64,000 nucleotides of DNA from Macrostomum hystrix (taxonomy: Eukaryota; Animalia; Platyhelminthes). Of this stretch, positions 11,723-25,182 are shown piece by piece (within the stretch, counting starts at the first letter, position 1; each line of letters opens with the position of its first letter). A program made the translations under genes and the position numbers. The notes beneath the pieces were generated by a model, which saw nothing but the letters and a program-made list of their open reading frames with translations, ran no database searches and was not told the origin of the DNA. The DNA is taken from assembly GCA_950097015.1 (NCBI GenBank), contig CATNEN010000038.1:18228001-18292000 (forward strand), in the 5' to 3' direction.

Positions 11723-14700
11723 TCATCTCTTTGCTGAAACTGCAGCTGCAGCTATTGCAGAGGTTGCCAAAGACTTTCTAGGCATTGCAGTTCCCGGAGT
11801 CTGTAGGGGCAGCTGAGCAGCGGCCTGCTGCTGATGAAGTGACAAGTCCTGGACGCTGCTGCTGCTGACAGCGACGCCGGACCTTGAGGGTTTCGGATAA
11901 AAGTGCGAGATTCACATTTGTAAGGACTAGCATCAACAAGTTGAGATTCGTACTCGTATAGATGTGCTTTTTGTCATTTAGTATCGCTTAAAATCGACTT
12001 ATCGATTAGTATCGATCTTATCAGCTAGTATCGATATTATATATTAGTAAGGATTTAATCTATCGATTAATATAGATTCTATTGATTGGTAAACATTTTA
12101 TCGATTAGTATCGATTAGTATCGATAAGTATCGATTAGTAACTGGGGGGTCGGTGGCAGAGCGTTATCGCGTTTGCCTCTCGCACCACGGTCCCTAAGTT
12201 CGATTCCACGGCGAGGCCACATTTATTTGGGGCGCAGCCGCGGAGAGAAGGCTTGGCGGCTTGTCGTGCAATTTACGCCCTTGAGGGCCAACCTCCAAGG
12301 CACAGTGAGAGTGTACACTGCCTGACGATGAGAAAGTCAGGGCAGATGTACACACCTGTGTGAGCGTGTGCCTGCGTACGGTATCTGTGTATGTGCTCAG
12401 GAGTCAGCGAAATGGGCAGAATTGCCTCCTCGCTGGCTGCGGGTCTAGTGTCACCAAATGATGTGCCATTGCCCGGAGCCCTACTGCAATTATTATTATT
12501 ATTAATTTTATCGATTGGTATCGATTTTATCGATTAGTAACGATTTTATCGATTAGTATCGATTTTATCGAATAGGATAGATTTTTTTAATTTTATATCG
12601 AGCTTATTGATTAGTATCGACTTTAATAACGTATTATCGATTTGAACTGATATTACTTTACTCACCTGCTAACCCGCCTATTAGCTTTTGCCGCCTCACG
12701 CTCAGCTCTGAAATTATCCCACAGGTGCTGCACGTGCTGCTCGAAGCTTCGGCCGTCAATCCGGAATCTGTCAGCGCCGCGGCAGGACCGCAGCTGCTCG
12801 GACACCCGAGCCTCCACTCTCGGCAGCTCCTTCAACAGCTGCTTTTTCTCCTTCTCAGTTTTGAGCAGAATGCCGCCGCGATTGCTAAATATGCTGGGAT
12901 CTTTCATTCGCTGCTCAACGTCCAGGTAGGCCTCCCAGGTGAGCTGGTAGAGCCGGACTGTGTCATAAAGTTCCCGGCTTGATTCGTAGCGATCGCGGAG
13001 CTGCTCGACTAAAGACTCCAGCGCTTCAGTGGTCGAGTTGGCATCTATTGAAATTCAATCAATATGGGAGAATCGCTCAAGCATAAAAAACGTCTAGAAC
13101 CCGATCCCGATCCCAGATCCCGATCCCAGATCCCGATCCCAGATCCCGATCCCAGATCCCGATCCCAGATCCCGATCCCAGATCCCGATCCCAGATCCCG
13201 ATCCCAGATCCCGATCCCAGATCCCGATCCCAGATCCCGATCCCAGATCCCGATCCCAGATCCCGATCCCAGATCCCGATCCCAGATCCCGATCCCAGAT
13301 CCCGATCCCAGATCCCGATCCCAGATCCCGATCCCAGATCCCGATCCCAGATCCCGATCCCAGATCCCGATCCCAGATCCCGATCCCAGATCCAGATCCC
13401 AGATCCCGATCCCAGATCCCGATCCCAAAAACGCTGCTTTTGGGATTTTACCTCCACTGACATCGTCTTGTGAAGCGAAGCACAGCGCTGCTAGTTCGAT
13501 GGCCTCTCGCCGTAGGTTGCTGAGGTAGGTGGAGGCAAGCGGGCCAGCCCGCAGCTCCTGGCAGCGAGCCAGCTCCGCCTGCAGTGCCGTCAGATCGCTG
13601 GGCCGGTAGCCTTGGTGACGGCTTAGCTACAAGTCGTGTTTACGAAAGATTGGGATTATCTACTACTGGCGTAAGCTTTGCTAACTTATTAAAACTCATA
13701 AACCTACTTCCTAGTCTATTTATAATTTCGTTACTACGTCGATATTTATCGATTAGTATCGATTATATAGATTTAGTATCGATTAGTATCGATTATATCG
13801 ATTAGTACCGATTATATCGATTAGTACCGATTATATCGATTAGTATCGATTATATCGATTAGTATCGATTATATCGATTAGTATCGATTATATCGATTAG
13901 TATCGATTATATCGATTAGTATCGATTATATCGATTAGTATCGATTATATCGATTAGTATCGATTATATCGATTAGTATCGATTATATCGATTAGTATCG
14001 ATTATATCGATTAGTATCGATTATATCGATTAGTATCGATTATATCGATTAGTATCGATTATATCGATTAGTATCGATTATATCGATTAGTATCGATTAT
14101 ATCTATTAATATAGATTTTTTCAATTTGGATACTTGTTAGAAAACTGGAATTGGTGAAGACCCCTTGGTTTCGGAATGCGCAAAAATCTTGAAAACCGAC
14201 CTGAAATTCAACGCCATCATCGCCATCCCGCAATCCTAGCCGACGGCGCAGCGCAGCCAGCTGGCCTCTCAACTCGTCGCAGGTACCTACTAGCATCGCC
14301 TTGTGCTTGACTAGGCGCAATCTCCATGAGGCTAGGTCAGCCATGCTTGAGTCGGTCAGCGGCCAACCAAGCAAATACGGCGATGTTGCGCATTTACTGC
14401 TACTATTAGTAGCGGTAGTCGCCGAAGGCTTAGATTTGGAAGCGGAAGCGGAGGTTGAAGCGCCGGATTGGCAGTTGAGAATGGCGGCTTCGGCTTCCGT
14501 CTCGGGCAGGTATTCAATGTCCGCCGCGATTCTAGTGGAAAAGATCGATAATTTTGTATTAAAAAGTAGTATTTGAATTTGGATTATGACATCGGCGATT
14601 CGGATTTACATATAAATGGATTTGGATTATATATCTGGACTTTTATTTAGAAATACGAATTCCGATTTAGGAAATTAGTATTTCCATTTAGCAAATCGGG

Positions 14701-17700
14701 ATTTCCATTTAGGAAAACAGGACTTATATTTAGAACATCAGGATTTCCGTTCTGGAAATCAGGATTTTCGTTTTGGAAATCGGGATTTCCGTTTTAGAAA
14801 TCGGGGTTTTGACTTATGGAATCCGGATTTCGACAGTGGAAATCGGGGGATTAGGATGAAGAATTAGGAATTTTCAAATCTAGATTGCGATTCATAAACA
14901 CACTGGGATTATAAAGTTGCTTCACTTCATATGTTAAAAAAATTCCCTGGCAGCATAAATAAAAATTGCTCTACCTGCGAATATCCTCACAGAAGTTGTT
15001 AAATGAGGCCAGCAAGTGGTCGTGCCTCGCCTGCAGCTGGTCGAGTTTTTGCTGCATTTTCTCCAGGTCCCGCTCGCTGGGAATGAACTCATCAGGGTTC
15101 TCGCCAGTTGATGGCAGGGCCTGTTTGGATAAGTTTTTAATCAGATTGGGAAACTCTATGTTAATAATAATATAATAATTGCAGGAGGGCTGCGGGCAAT
15201 GGCAAATCATTTGGTGACACTAGACCCGCAGCCAGCGAAGACGCTGTCTTCATTTCGCTGAATTCGAACTCTGCCCATTTCGCTGACTCCTGAGCACACA
15301 CGCACACAGATACTGTAGGCAGGCATACTCTCACACAGGTGTGTACATCAGCCCTGACTTTCTCATCGTCAGGCAGTGTACACTCTCACTGTGCCTTGGA
15401 GGTTGGCCCTCAAGGGCGTAAATTGCACGACAAGCCGCCAAGCCTTCTCTCCGCGGCTGCGCCCCAAATGAATGTGGCCTCGCCGTGAAATCGAACTTAG
15501 GGACCGTGGTGCGAGAGGCAAACGCGTTGACCGCTCTGCCACCGACCCCCCGAAACTCTATGTTTCTATATGATTGAAATATTATAATCTCAAAATCAAT
15601 AAGACTCTGAAATTGTCAGAAAACATTTTCTAGTACCAAATCCAGATTTTTAAAACATACATCTAGACAGCAAAAACATTTTTTACAGAATTTTCATTTC
15701 AATCAATAGATAATCGGATTTAAAAAATCTAAACTCGATTCAATACCTTAAATTATAGATTTTATAATCTTTTTATAATCTACATCCTTAATCTAGGACC
15801 CAAATCTAAAACCAAGACACCAGTTCTACTAGATCCCATATCCCATATCCCAGATCCCATATCCCAGATCCCAGATCTCATATCCCAAATCCCATATCCC
15901 AGATTCCAGATACCATATCCCAGATTCCAGATACTAAATCCCAGATACCAGATACCAGATCCCAGATTCTAGATTCCAGATCCCAGATACCATATCCCAT
16001 TTCCCAACAACCAGATCCCATATCTCAGTCCCATATCTCAGATCCCGATCCCAGATTGCAGATCCTATATCCCATATCCCACATTCTAAATACCAGATCT
16101 CAGACCAATATCACGAATCCCATATATCTTAATCCTATATCCCAGATCCCATATTTTGAGTCTCATATATTAGATTCTATAGCTATCCCATATCCCATAT
16201 CCCAATCCCATACTCCTGATACTAGCCCCAGATCCCCGATGGTCGTACATTGCACTTTGAGAGTTCAAATCCCAATAAAATAATTCAAACCTACAGTTCC
16301 CTCAAAAGCCTAAATCAAGATCTCGACCCTGCAGCGGCCGCTGACCTGCAGTTCAGCCGCTGAGTCAAGTCCCAGCCGAGAGCACAGATCAACGACTGCC
16401 TGCCTGCGCTGGCTGAATGTCGACTGCCTGGCGGTGATTTCCACCTCGTACTGGGCGATGTGCTCCTCGAGGCGCGCGATCAGCGTCAAGGAGGGGAGGC
16501 CGAGAGGCGGAAAATATGGAGGCAGTCGAAGGCTCTGGCACACCTGGAGGACAGCGATAGAATTGATTAGGAAAAATATCTGGATGCTAATTAGCATCGG
16601 GTTAGGACCATCAGCTTCTTGATTGGGTCATCAGCTACTTAGTAGACTAGGTCATCAGAAACTATACAGGGTCATCTAAAACTAGACTGGGTCATCTAAA
16701 ACTAGACACGGTCATCTAAAACTAGACACGGTCATCTAAAACTAGACACGGTCATCTAAAACTAGACAGGGTCATCTAAAACTAGACTGGGTCATCTAAA
16801 ACTAGACACGGTCATCTAAAACTAGACTGGGTCATCTAAAACTAGACTGGGTCATCTAAAACTAGACTGGGTCATCTAAAACTAGACTGGGTCATCTAAA
16901 ACTAGACTGGGTCATCTAAAACTAGACACGGTCATCTAAAACTAGACACGGTTATCTAAAACTAGACTGGGTCATCTAAAACTAGACTGGGTCATCTAAA
17001 ACTAGACACGGTCATCTAAAACTAGACTGGGTCTGGGTCATCTAAAACTAGACACGGTCATCTAAAACTAGACTGGGTCATCTAAAACTAGACTGGGTCA
17101 TCTAAAACTAGACTGGGTCATCTAAAACTAGACACGGTCATCTAAAACTAGACTGGGTCATCTAAAACTAGACTGGGTCATCTAAAACTAGACTGGGTCA
17201 TCTAAAACTAGACTGGGTCATCTAAAACTAGACTGGGTCATCTAAAACTAGACACGGTCATCTAAAACTAGACAGGGTCATCTAAAACTAGACTGGGTCA
17301 TCTAAAACTAGACTGGGTCATCTAAAACTAGACTGGGTCATCTAAAACTAGACACGGTCATCTAAAACTAGACAGGGTCATCTAAAACTAGACTGGGTCA
17401 TCTAAAACTAGACTGGGTCATCTAAAACTAGACTGGGTCATCTAAAACTAGACAGGGTCATCTAAAACTAGACTGGGTCATCTAAAACTAGACAGGGTCA
17501 TCTAAAACTAGACTGGGTCATCTGATAACCACTGACCAACATTGTGAGCTCACGCACCTGAGCAGCCTTCCGTTTCAGCGACTCAATGCGAGCCTCCAAA
17601 CCGATGCGGTACTCGTTTTCTGCACCGACAAACTCCAGCAGGCACCGCTGCAAAATGTCAGCCAGTCTGTGCAGCTTTAACTGCTTCTGATCGTCTGGAT

Positions 17701-19471
17701 AGCCTAAGCAAATGGAAATTAATTATTTATTTAAAGCATTATGTTTGTAGCTAGCAATTACTGAAGGTAGATACTTCATCCAGAGAGGGGGTAAATTGTA
17801 GGAGATTGTGAGAAATTGTAATAGAGGGTGAGAAATGCTGAGAGAGAGTGAGAGATTGAGGGAGAGGGTGAGAAATTGTGAGAGAGGATGAGGAATTGTG
17901 GGAGAGGGTGAGAAATTGTGGGAGAGGGTGAGAAATTGTGTGAGAGGGTGGGAAATTGTGGGAGAGGGTGAGAAATTGTGTGAGAGGGTGGGAAATTGTG
18001 GGAGAGGGTGAGAAATTGTGGGAGAGGGTGAGAAATTGTGGGAGAGGGTGAGAAATTGTGGGAGAGGGTGAGAAATTGTGGGAGAGGGTGAGAAATTGTG
18101 GGAGAGGGTGGGAAATTGTGGGAGAGGGTGAGAAATTGTGGGAGAGGGTGAGAAATTGTGTGAGAGGGTGGGAAATTGTGGGAGAGGGTGAGAAATTGTG
18201 GGAGAGGGTGAGAAATTGTGGGAGAGGGTGAGAAATTGTGGGAGAGGGTGAGAAATTGTGGGAGAGGGTGAGAAATTGTGGGAGAGGGTGGGAAATTGTG
18301 GGAGAGGGTGAGAAATTGTGGGAGAGGGTGGGAAATTGTGTGAGAGGGTGGGAAATTGTGGGAGAGGGTGAGAAATTGTTGGAGAGGGTGAGAAATTGTG
18401 GGAGAGGGTGAGAAATTGTGGGAGAGGGTGAGAAATTGTGGGAGAGGGTGGGAAATTGTGGGAGAGGGTGAGGAATTGTGTGAGAGGGTGAGGAATTGTG
18501 GGAGAGGGTGAGAAATTGTGGGAGAGGGTGAGGAATTGTGTGAGAGGGTGGGAAATTGTGGGAGAGGGTGAGAAATTGTGTGAGAGGGTGGGAAATTGTG
18601 GGAGAGGGTGAGAAATTGTGGGAGAGGGTGAGAAATTGTGGGAGAGCGTGAGAAATTGTGGGAGAGGGTGAGAAATTATGGGAGAGGGTGAGAAATTGTG
18701 GGAGAGGGTGGGAAATTGTGGGAGAGGGTGAGAAATTGTGGGAGAGGGTGAGAAATTGTGTGAGAGGGTGGGAAATTGTGGGAGAGGGTGAGAAATTGTG
18801 GGAGAGGCTGAGAAATTGTGGGAGAGGGTGGGAAATTGTGGGAGAGGGTGAGGAATTGTGTGAGAGGGTGAGGAATTGTGGGAGAGGGTGAGAAATTGTG
18901 GGAGAGGGTGAGGAATTGTGTGAGAGGGTGGGAAATTGTGGGAGAGGGTGAGAAATTGTGTGAGAGGGTGGGAAATTGTGGGAGAGGGTGAGAAATTGTG
19001 GGAGAGGGTGAGAAATTGTGGGAGAGCGTGAGAAATTGTGGGAGAGGGTGAGAAATTATGGGAGAGGGTGAGAAATTGTGGGAGAGGGTGGGAAATTGTG
19101 GGAGAGGGTGAGAAATTGTGGGAGAGGGTGAGAAATTGTGTGAGAGGGTGGGAAATTGTGGGAGAGGGTGAGAAATTGTGGGAGAGGCTGAGAAATTGTG
19201 GGAGAGGGTGAGAAATTGTGGGAGAGGGTGAGATATTGAGGGAGAGGGTGAGAAATTGAGGGAAAGGGTGAGAAATTTTGGGGGCGAGTGAGAAATTGTG
19301 GGAGGGTGAGAAATTGAGGGAGAGGGTGAGAAATTGAGGGAAAGTTTGAGAATTCGAGACTGAGAGCTAAGAGGGGATTCACAGACGCTCACCTATATAC
19401 TCCCAGATATTGTTGAGCTCTTTGAGTCCAGGTGCCATGGTTTCATGCAGCATCACGTCGATATTAGCCAT
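11723..19471 (-). CDS. PRC1: PRC1/MAP65/Ase1-family microtubule crosslinker; exons ~19471-19393, 17703-17558, 16543-16346, 15120-14975, 14531-14201, 13626-13452, 13044-12666, 11882-11723
   Basis: N-terminal LKELNNIWEYIGY; signature KDPSIFSNRGGILLKTEKEKKQLLKELPRVE...FRIDG; coiled-coil exons with compatible splice phases. Confidence 0.85.
12144..12504 (+). mobile_element. Full-length tRNA-derived SINE family A
   Basis: A-box-like tggcagagcg, B-box gttcgattcc, structured body, (att)n tail; six related copies in the window. Confidence 0.85.
13100..13426. repeat. 13-bp minisatellite (cccagatcccgat)n
   Basis: ~25 near-perfect copies in a PRC1 intron. Confidence 0.95.
13745..14105. repeat. 19-bp minisatellite (gattagtatcgattatatc)n; degenerate relatives at ~11980-12140 and ~12505-12640
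   Basis: Tandem ATCGAT-rich copies. Confidence 0.9.
15163..15551 (-). mobile_element. SINE family A copy with 13-bp TSD
   Basis: Reverse complement of the 12144 copy; gaaactctatgtt at both 15150-15162 and 15552-15564. Confidence 0.9.
15830..16240. repeat. Degenerate (cccagat/cccatat)n repeat
   Basis: 7-bp-based decayed array. Confidence 0.8.
16669..17523. repeat. 20-bp minisatellite (gtcatctaaaactagactgg), ~42 copies
   Basis: Direct inspection. Confidence 0.95.
17820..19345. repeat. 20-bp minisatellite (ggagagggtgagaaattgtg), ~75 copies
   Basis: Fills PRC1 intron 1. Confidence 0.95.
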
Positions 19472-19829
19472 GCCTTGGGTTTGAGCACAGAAATTAAACT
19501 GTTAGCCAATTCCGAGTAAGTTTCTACATTCAACAAGTTCAACTAGCCCGCATTTAGCCGTTAGCTTGGTCCTGTTATTTATTGTGGGAAACATTCCCAC
19601 GCCGTCACTTTTGAGACCAATTTGACAAAGAACAATGACCAGTTGGATTTTTTTCAGTTTTTCTTCTTTCGGCGACAAAAAATGTGCCGCCGCCCACCGC
19701 GAACTTATTTGGTTTTTAAAGTCTTGACTTGTTGTTTGACTGTGCGTTGTTTGAAAATGTGTTTGACTTGTTTGTATGTAAATAATACATTTTAAGTCCA
19801 CATTGATTTTTTTGCTTAAAACATCCAGA

Positions 19830-21025
19830 AGTATAGTCAATCTGCAGATCTCGGGAAGGGGTTGTATAGTCAATCTGCAGATCTCAGGAAGGTTGTATAG
19901 TCAATCTGCAGATCTCGGGAAGGGGTTGTATAGTCAATCTGCAGATCTCGGGAAGGGGTTCTATAGTCAATCTGCAGATCTCAGGAAGGGGTTGTATAGT
20001 CAATCTGCAGATCTCGGGAAGGGGTTGTATAGTCAATCTGCAGATCTCGGGAATGGGTTCTATAGTCAATCTGCAGATCTCAGGAAGGGGTTGTATAGTC
20101 AATCTGCAGATCTCAGGAAGGGGTTGTATAGTCAATCTGCAGATCTCAGGAAGGGGTTGTATAGTCAATCTGCAGATCTCGGGAAGCAGTTATTATCAAT
20201 CTACAGATCTTGGGAATGGGTTATCATCAATCTACAGATCTCGGGAAGCAGTTATTATCAATCTAATGATTTCGGGAAGGGTTGTCGTCAATCTACAGAT
20301 CTCGGGAATGGGTTATGATCAATCTACAGATCTCGGGAAGCAGTTATCATCAATCTACGGATCTCGGGAATGGGTTATCATTAATCTACAGATCTCGGGA
20401 AGGAGTTGTTATCAATATACAGATCTCGGGAATGGTTTATCATCAATCTACAGATCTCGGGAATAGGTTATCATCAATCTACAGATCTCAGGAATAGGTT
20501 ATCATCAATCTACAGATCTCAGGAATAGGTTATCATCTATCTACAGATCTCGGGAATAGGTTAATCATCAATCTACAGATCTCAGGAATAGGTTATCATC
20601 AATCTAAAGATCTCGGGAAGGAGTTTTCGTCAATCTACAGATCTCGGGAATAGGTTATCATCAATCTACAGATCTCGGGAATAGGTTAATCATCAATCTA
20701 CAGATCTCAGGAATAGGTTATCATCAATCTAAAGATCTCGGGAAGGAGTTTTCGTCAATCTACAGATCTCGGGAAGCAGTTATCATCAATCTACAGATCT
20801 CGGGAATAGGTTATCATCAATCTACAGATCTCGGGAAGCAGTTATCATCAATCTACAGATCTCGGGAATAGGTTATCATCAATCTACAGATCTCGAGAAG
20901 CAGTTATCATCAATCTACAGATCTCGGGAAGCAGTTATCATCAATCTACAGATCTCAGGAATAGGTTATCATCAATCTAAAGATCTCGGGAAGCAGTTAT
21001 CATCAATCTACAGATCTCGGGAAGT
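19830..21025. repeat. 33-bp grading to 31-bp minisatellite (caatct[g/a]cagatctcgggaa...)
   Basis: Tandem array upstream of PRC1. Confidence 0.9.
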
Positions 21026-22573
21026 TGTTGCAATCTTATCTAAGAAACTTGGGTACAGGCTTCTTGTTCTTGCCCAATGTAATAAATGATAAAAATGTGT
21101 TTTTTACAGTACAGAATTAATTATAGATTGGCCTATAATACAAAAACAAATCGATAAATAGATAATTGAATGTGTAACCAGTAACCGCGCATTTTATTAA
21201 AGCTAGCTTACCTTTATATATAGCTATTTCAGCTGACAATGCGGTATAAATTGTTTGTTATCTAATTATATTTAAGGTTTGTATTTGTAGTAGCTTCTTG
21301 TCCTGTTTTAATGCATAGAAGCCACACAAATCTATAGGGACTGGATTGGATTGATTGAGTCTAGATCAGCCTGTTTGCTATGTTTGACTGGATTGACTAT
21401 AAAAGAAGTAGGCTGGGGTGGGTGTTGTCGCAAGTCGTTCTGTATTGGACAGAGGGTGGTGGCTCCTGACAAATGCGGAATTGATCGCGCAGAGAGAGCA
21501 CTAGTGAAGAAAATGAATGTACATCCTGCCCAGCCCATGCTTGGGGTAATTGTACATCTGAGCTATATCTACATTAGTCACTCTTTTCACTCCACAGACG
21601 GTACAGGACAAACCGCAAGATCATTGACGATAGTTCCAGTTCTAACCAAGGCATTATTTTCTACTATGTACAACAGTATATTTTATAGCATAAGGCGAGA
21701 TTGCTGCTGATTAGATAAAAATTATGTGCATACAAAGTAGCCTGTAATTAAGATAAGCGACTGATTCGATGCATTTGTTTTACTAGGACACTAGTAATGA
21801 GTGTCTATTATAATGAGGCGTCGATAGACTGCTGAACTGCATGATAAGGAATATGAAGGAATTCCATTGCAATTCTAAGTGAGCCTACTTAACTGTACCG
21901 TGAAATCTAAGCGGTTAGACTTGGAATTATTTATAGATTTTTGTTGATTTATTCTTCGAGGAGAAAAAAATTAAGCGGTCCAGGGGCAGTTTGGAGAAAT
22001 GAGTCACAAGTTGTTGAATAAAATTTCTTAAGTAAGCTGTCTGCTTTGATTAGCATTTACACAAACGTTGTTCAGTATGAGAACAACAAGATATTACCTA
22101 CCTCGACAATGTACGAGTATTAGTAGTTGGCTTCTAAAATCTCAAACAGTTTAAAACTGTCTAATTTCCTAGAAAACTTGCCTGCCTGCCTGCCTGCCTG
22201 CCCGTGGAGATTTTCGGCCGAGAGGATGGGAGTCGAGTCTCAGCTGTATTATCTCAACTGATCTTCAGTTTACCCAGCTGATTCGGGTGCTGGTGCCCTC
22301 CTTCCCAGTCCATGGACTGAAACAGCTGTACACAGCTTTTGGAAGTGCAGCGAAATAGCAGCAGCTGTGCCACTGACTGTACATTAGGCTGTACAACTAT
22401 ACTTCAAAATCATTTCGGATTTATTAATTTGAATCCATTGATCAATCTCCTCGACACTGACCGATTTTTGTGGAGTTTTTCTTCTCGTACTACTCATAGT
22501 AGATTGAAGTTGGGTTCGAATTTGGATTACTTGAAACTAGAGATTCCTGCATAAAAATAATTCCGCCCTTACA

Positions 22574-23335
22574 CAGTGTTGAGTGGGTTACTCGTTACTC
22601 GTTACCGATTTGGTAACGATCGTTACTTTTTTGCAACGTTACTTTTTTGCGTTACCACGTGCTTGGTAATGAGAATGATGGTAAAGAGTCGTTACCATGC
22701 AACTGTGTGCACTTCCCGTTACTTATTATTCTTACCAGTTTCTGAATAAAAAGTTTAATAAATTAGCAGCACAAATTTTTTTTACCTTGCTGCATCAAAA
22801 TACATTTCACTTTGTTTTTTTTCGAATTACTAGTAAAAGTAGTTAAATTTAAATAACTAGCAACTAGCTATATCTTTCGATTTATTTGTTTTACATTGAT
22901 AATTTTGTATTAATTTTGATTAGATGTTTTTTGTTTTTGTTGCGAACTCCAAATTTCGCGAAATATTTGTTTGTCAATCCATAGACTGACTATATGTGAT
23001 CTCATGGCTACTTAACCCGAAATGGTCAAGATCAGTGACAGTTATAATGATAACGGAGTCTAAAAGTGGACGATGTTGGAGATTATAACACATGATATGA
23101 GAGTAATGACCGATAAACAAAGCTACACGTTTTATAACATGCTTACGTAAAAAATAGCACATTTATATGGTAAAAGTGTTAAAAAACGGTAAGTAACGAT
23201 TTAAAGTAACGACCGTTACTATTTTTGTTATTTTTTCGTCATCTAATTTTCCGTTACCCAATGGTCAGTAACGATCGTTACCGCCATCGTCGTTACTTTT
23301 TTAGTAACGCGCCTAAAGTAACGCGCCTAACACTG
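22574..23335. mobile_element. hAT-type MITE
   Basis: Imperfect TIRs cagtgtt...aacactg; 8-bp TSD cccttaca (22566-22573, 23336-23343); many subterminal CGTTAC/GTAACG motifs. Confidence 0.85.
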
Positions 23336-24542
23336 CCCTTACATACATTTCCTGAGTTTGTCAGTTGTTGCAAAAACTGCACATGACCACGAATGACATA
23401 CAGGCATGATGGGAGAGTAGGCAAGACACTCAGTGGGATCAAATAAGGATTCCTGCATCACTTGACTTGCCAATTTTGTTTTTGAAAGCTGACTGAAAAC
23501 GTGCCACCTGCTGAGCACCTGTCAATTTGTGCTTCGGTTCTAGTTGTCAGCTCTCTAGCTGTGAAGGCCAGGCGAGGTATCTGTGAAAGGTAAAGTTTAC
23601 GCGGTAATGACTATTGTTGGTTGTTGCAAAAAACTTCTGGTATAAACAGCTGTTACTGACTATTTTGCAGCTAAAACTTTCCCTAATTGTTGTCTGCTGA
23701 AAACACAATTCAGAGAAAGTTTTGGGATATATACTGCATTATCAGTTAAAGGAAACAGGAAACAACGCTATACCTGATATTTTGTTGATAGTATATACCT
23801 ACAAGTCTAACATTTTTCGTTTAAAAGAGTGCATATTTAATATAGACCCATGAGCAAACAAACTAATCTCAGCCGTCAGCTTGGACCGACCGTTAATCGA
23901 TCAGGAGGGCGAGGTCGCTACTTGATTGTACGAGCGTTGATCGTTGATTGTTGAATGTTCACGTTGGTCAGCGTTGATTGTACAGCGTTGGTCAGCGTTG
24001 AAAGCGTATTTTCAATCTTAAATGTAGTTACTGGCACTGCATTTCTCAAGGTGACGTGACAGTACGTTTAAATGCATTTAGTTGTACGTGAATTTTTGGT
24101 ATTCGATAAAAAAGAACACGATTCTAAAGTAACGGCATGCAATAAAGTGGGGAAGTGGGGGAATAAAAAAAGTGTGTATTTAAGCTTTAGTCTATGGCCA
24201 AGATCATCATTAAGAGTCTTTATTGCTTAAATGTCTATGGCCATTGGTGCGCTGAACGAAATCGAGGCCATAGACATTGAAGCACTCAAAACAGACAATT
24301 GGACCGATCATACGTGAGTTTGCATATGCCCTACTTATATGTAGTCTTTTGTAGGCTTCGTTTTCGAGCGCGGTAATTAGTCCTTCGTGCGCAATTAGCT
24401 GAACAAGCGGATTGGCCCGAACTAACATGCGATGGAGGATACATCAGCTGATCAGTATAAATATCGATTGAAGCGCGGCCAGAGTTGACCAGATTGCAGA
24501 GGATAATTTGACTGTTAGATTTTAACGAACAAGGTGTTCAAA

Positions 24543-25067
24543 ATGTCGAGACAATTCGAGAATGATAAAATCATCGAAGAAAAAATCAACCAGCGGCCAC
24601 CGCTCAGCTACAATGCCCTAATTATGCTAGCGATTAGCAGCAGCCGAGAGCAGCGATTAACGCTAAGTGGCATCTATGAATACATTGTGAGCAATTTTCC
24701 TTACTATAGATACTGCGCCCGCCCAAAAGCCTGGCAGAATTCCATTCGGCACAACTTGTCACTCAACAAGTGTTTCGTTCGATTACCAAAACTTGTCGGC
24801 GAATTAGGCGGCAAAGGCAACTATTGGACGGTTGATCCGGCACATCGAGACAGCCTGTACATCAGCGCCGACACTGGCAAGTTGCAACGCCGAAGATCGA
24901 CAAAGGAACAGAAGCGACGACCAAAGGAAAAACTGGCACGAATGTCGCCGATAACTGTCGAACTGGAATCCACAGGCTTCATCAACACGAGCGTCAGCTG
25001 CAGCAGATGTGGCAGCTTCAGCATCTGTGGGATCTGCTTAGTCTACACTATCAACAGCAGCTACTGA
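24543..25067 (+). CDS. foxG: Forkhead transcription factor, FoxG/sloppy-paired type, intronless; possible frameshift after the forkhead domain
   Basis: [14 protein letters not shown]...[11 protein letters not shown]...[16 protein letters not shown]...GKGNYW followed by the FoxG-like tail [13 protein letters not shown]; TATA-like gtataaata ~90 bp upstream. Confidence 0.8.
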   Translation: MSRQFENDKIIEEKINQRPPLSYNALIMLAISSSREQRLTLSGIYEYIVSNFPYYRYCARPKAWQNSIRHNLSLNKCFVRLPKLVGELGGKGNYWTVDPAHRDSLYISADTGKLQRRRSTKEQKRRPKEKLARMSPITVELESTGFINTSVSCSRCGSFSICGICLVYTINSSY

Positions 25068-25182
25068 TCTATGCCGATCTAGTTACCGCAATGGCTGACG
25101 GGGCTCGCAAAGATAACTTTTCTTGAGAAGTATACTCAAAATGCAGCTACCGCTAACTGCAGAATAATCTTGCTTCCCTTCC

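Noticed and set aside
12144-12220. tRNA gene
   Set aside because: A/B boxes are present, but the cloverleaf is incomplete and it is always joined to the SINE body
12322-12412. CTGACGA...GAAA in SINE A as a hammerhead core
   Set aside because: Could not build stems I-III; ctgac pairs with gtcag in a simple hairpin
12424-12437. gcctcctcgctggc in SINE A resembles the HDV ribozyme P3/L3 segment
   Set aside because: No GG for P1.1 and no canonical J4/2 downstream; the segment is better explained by a local hairpin with agtcagcga...gggca
13045-20497. Repetitive ORFs (GSGSGIGIWDRDL, SHNFSPSPTI, YSQSADL, etc.)
   Set aside because: Translations of intronic or intergenic minisatellites, open in several frames
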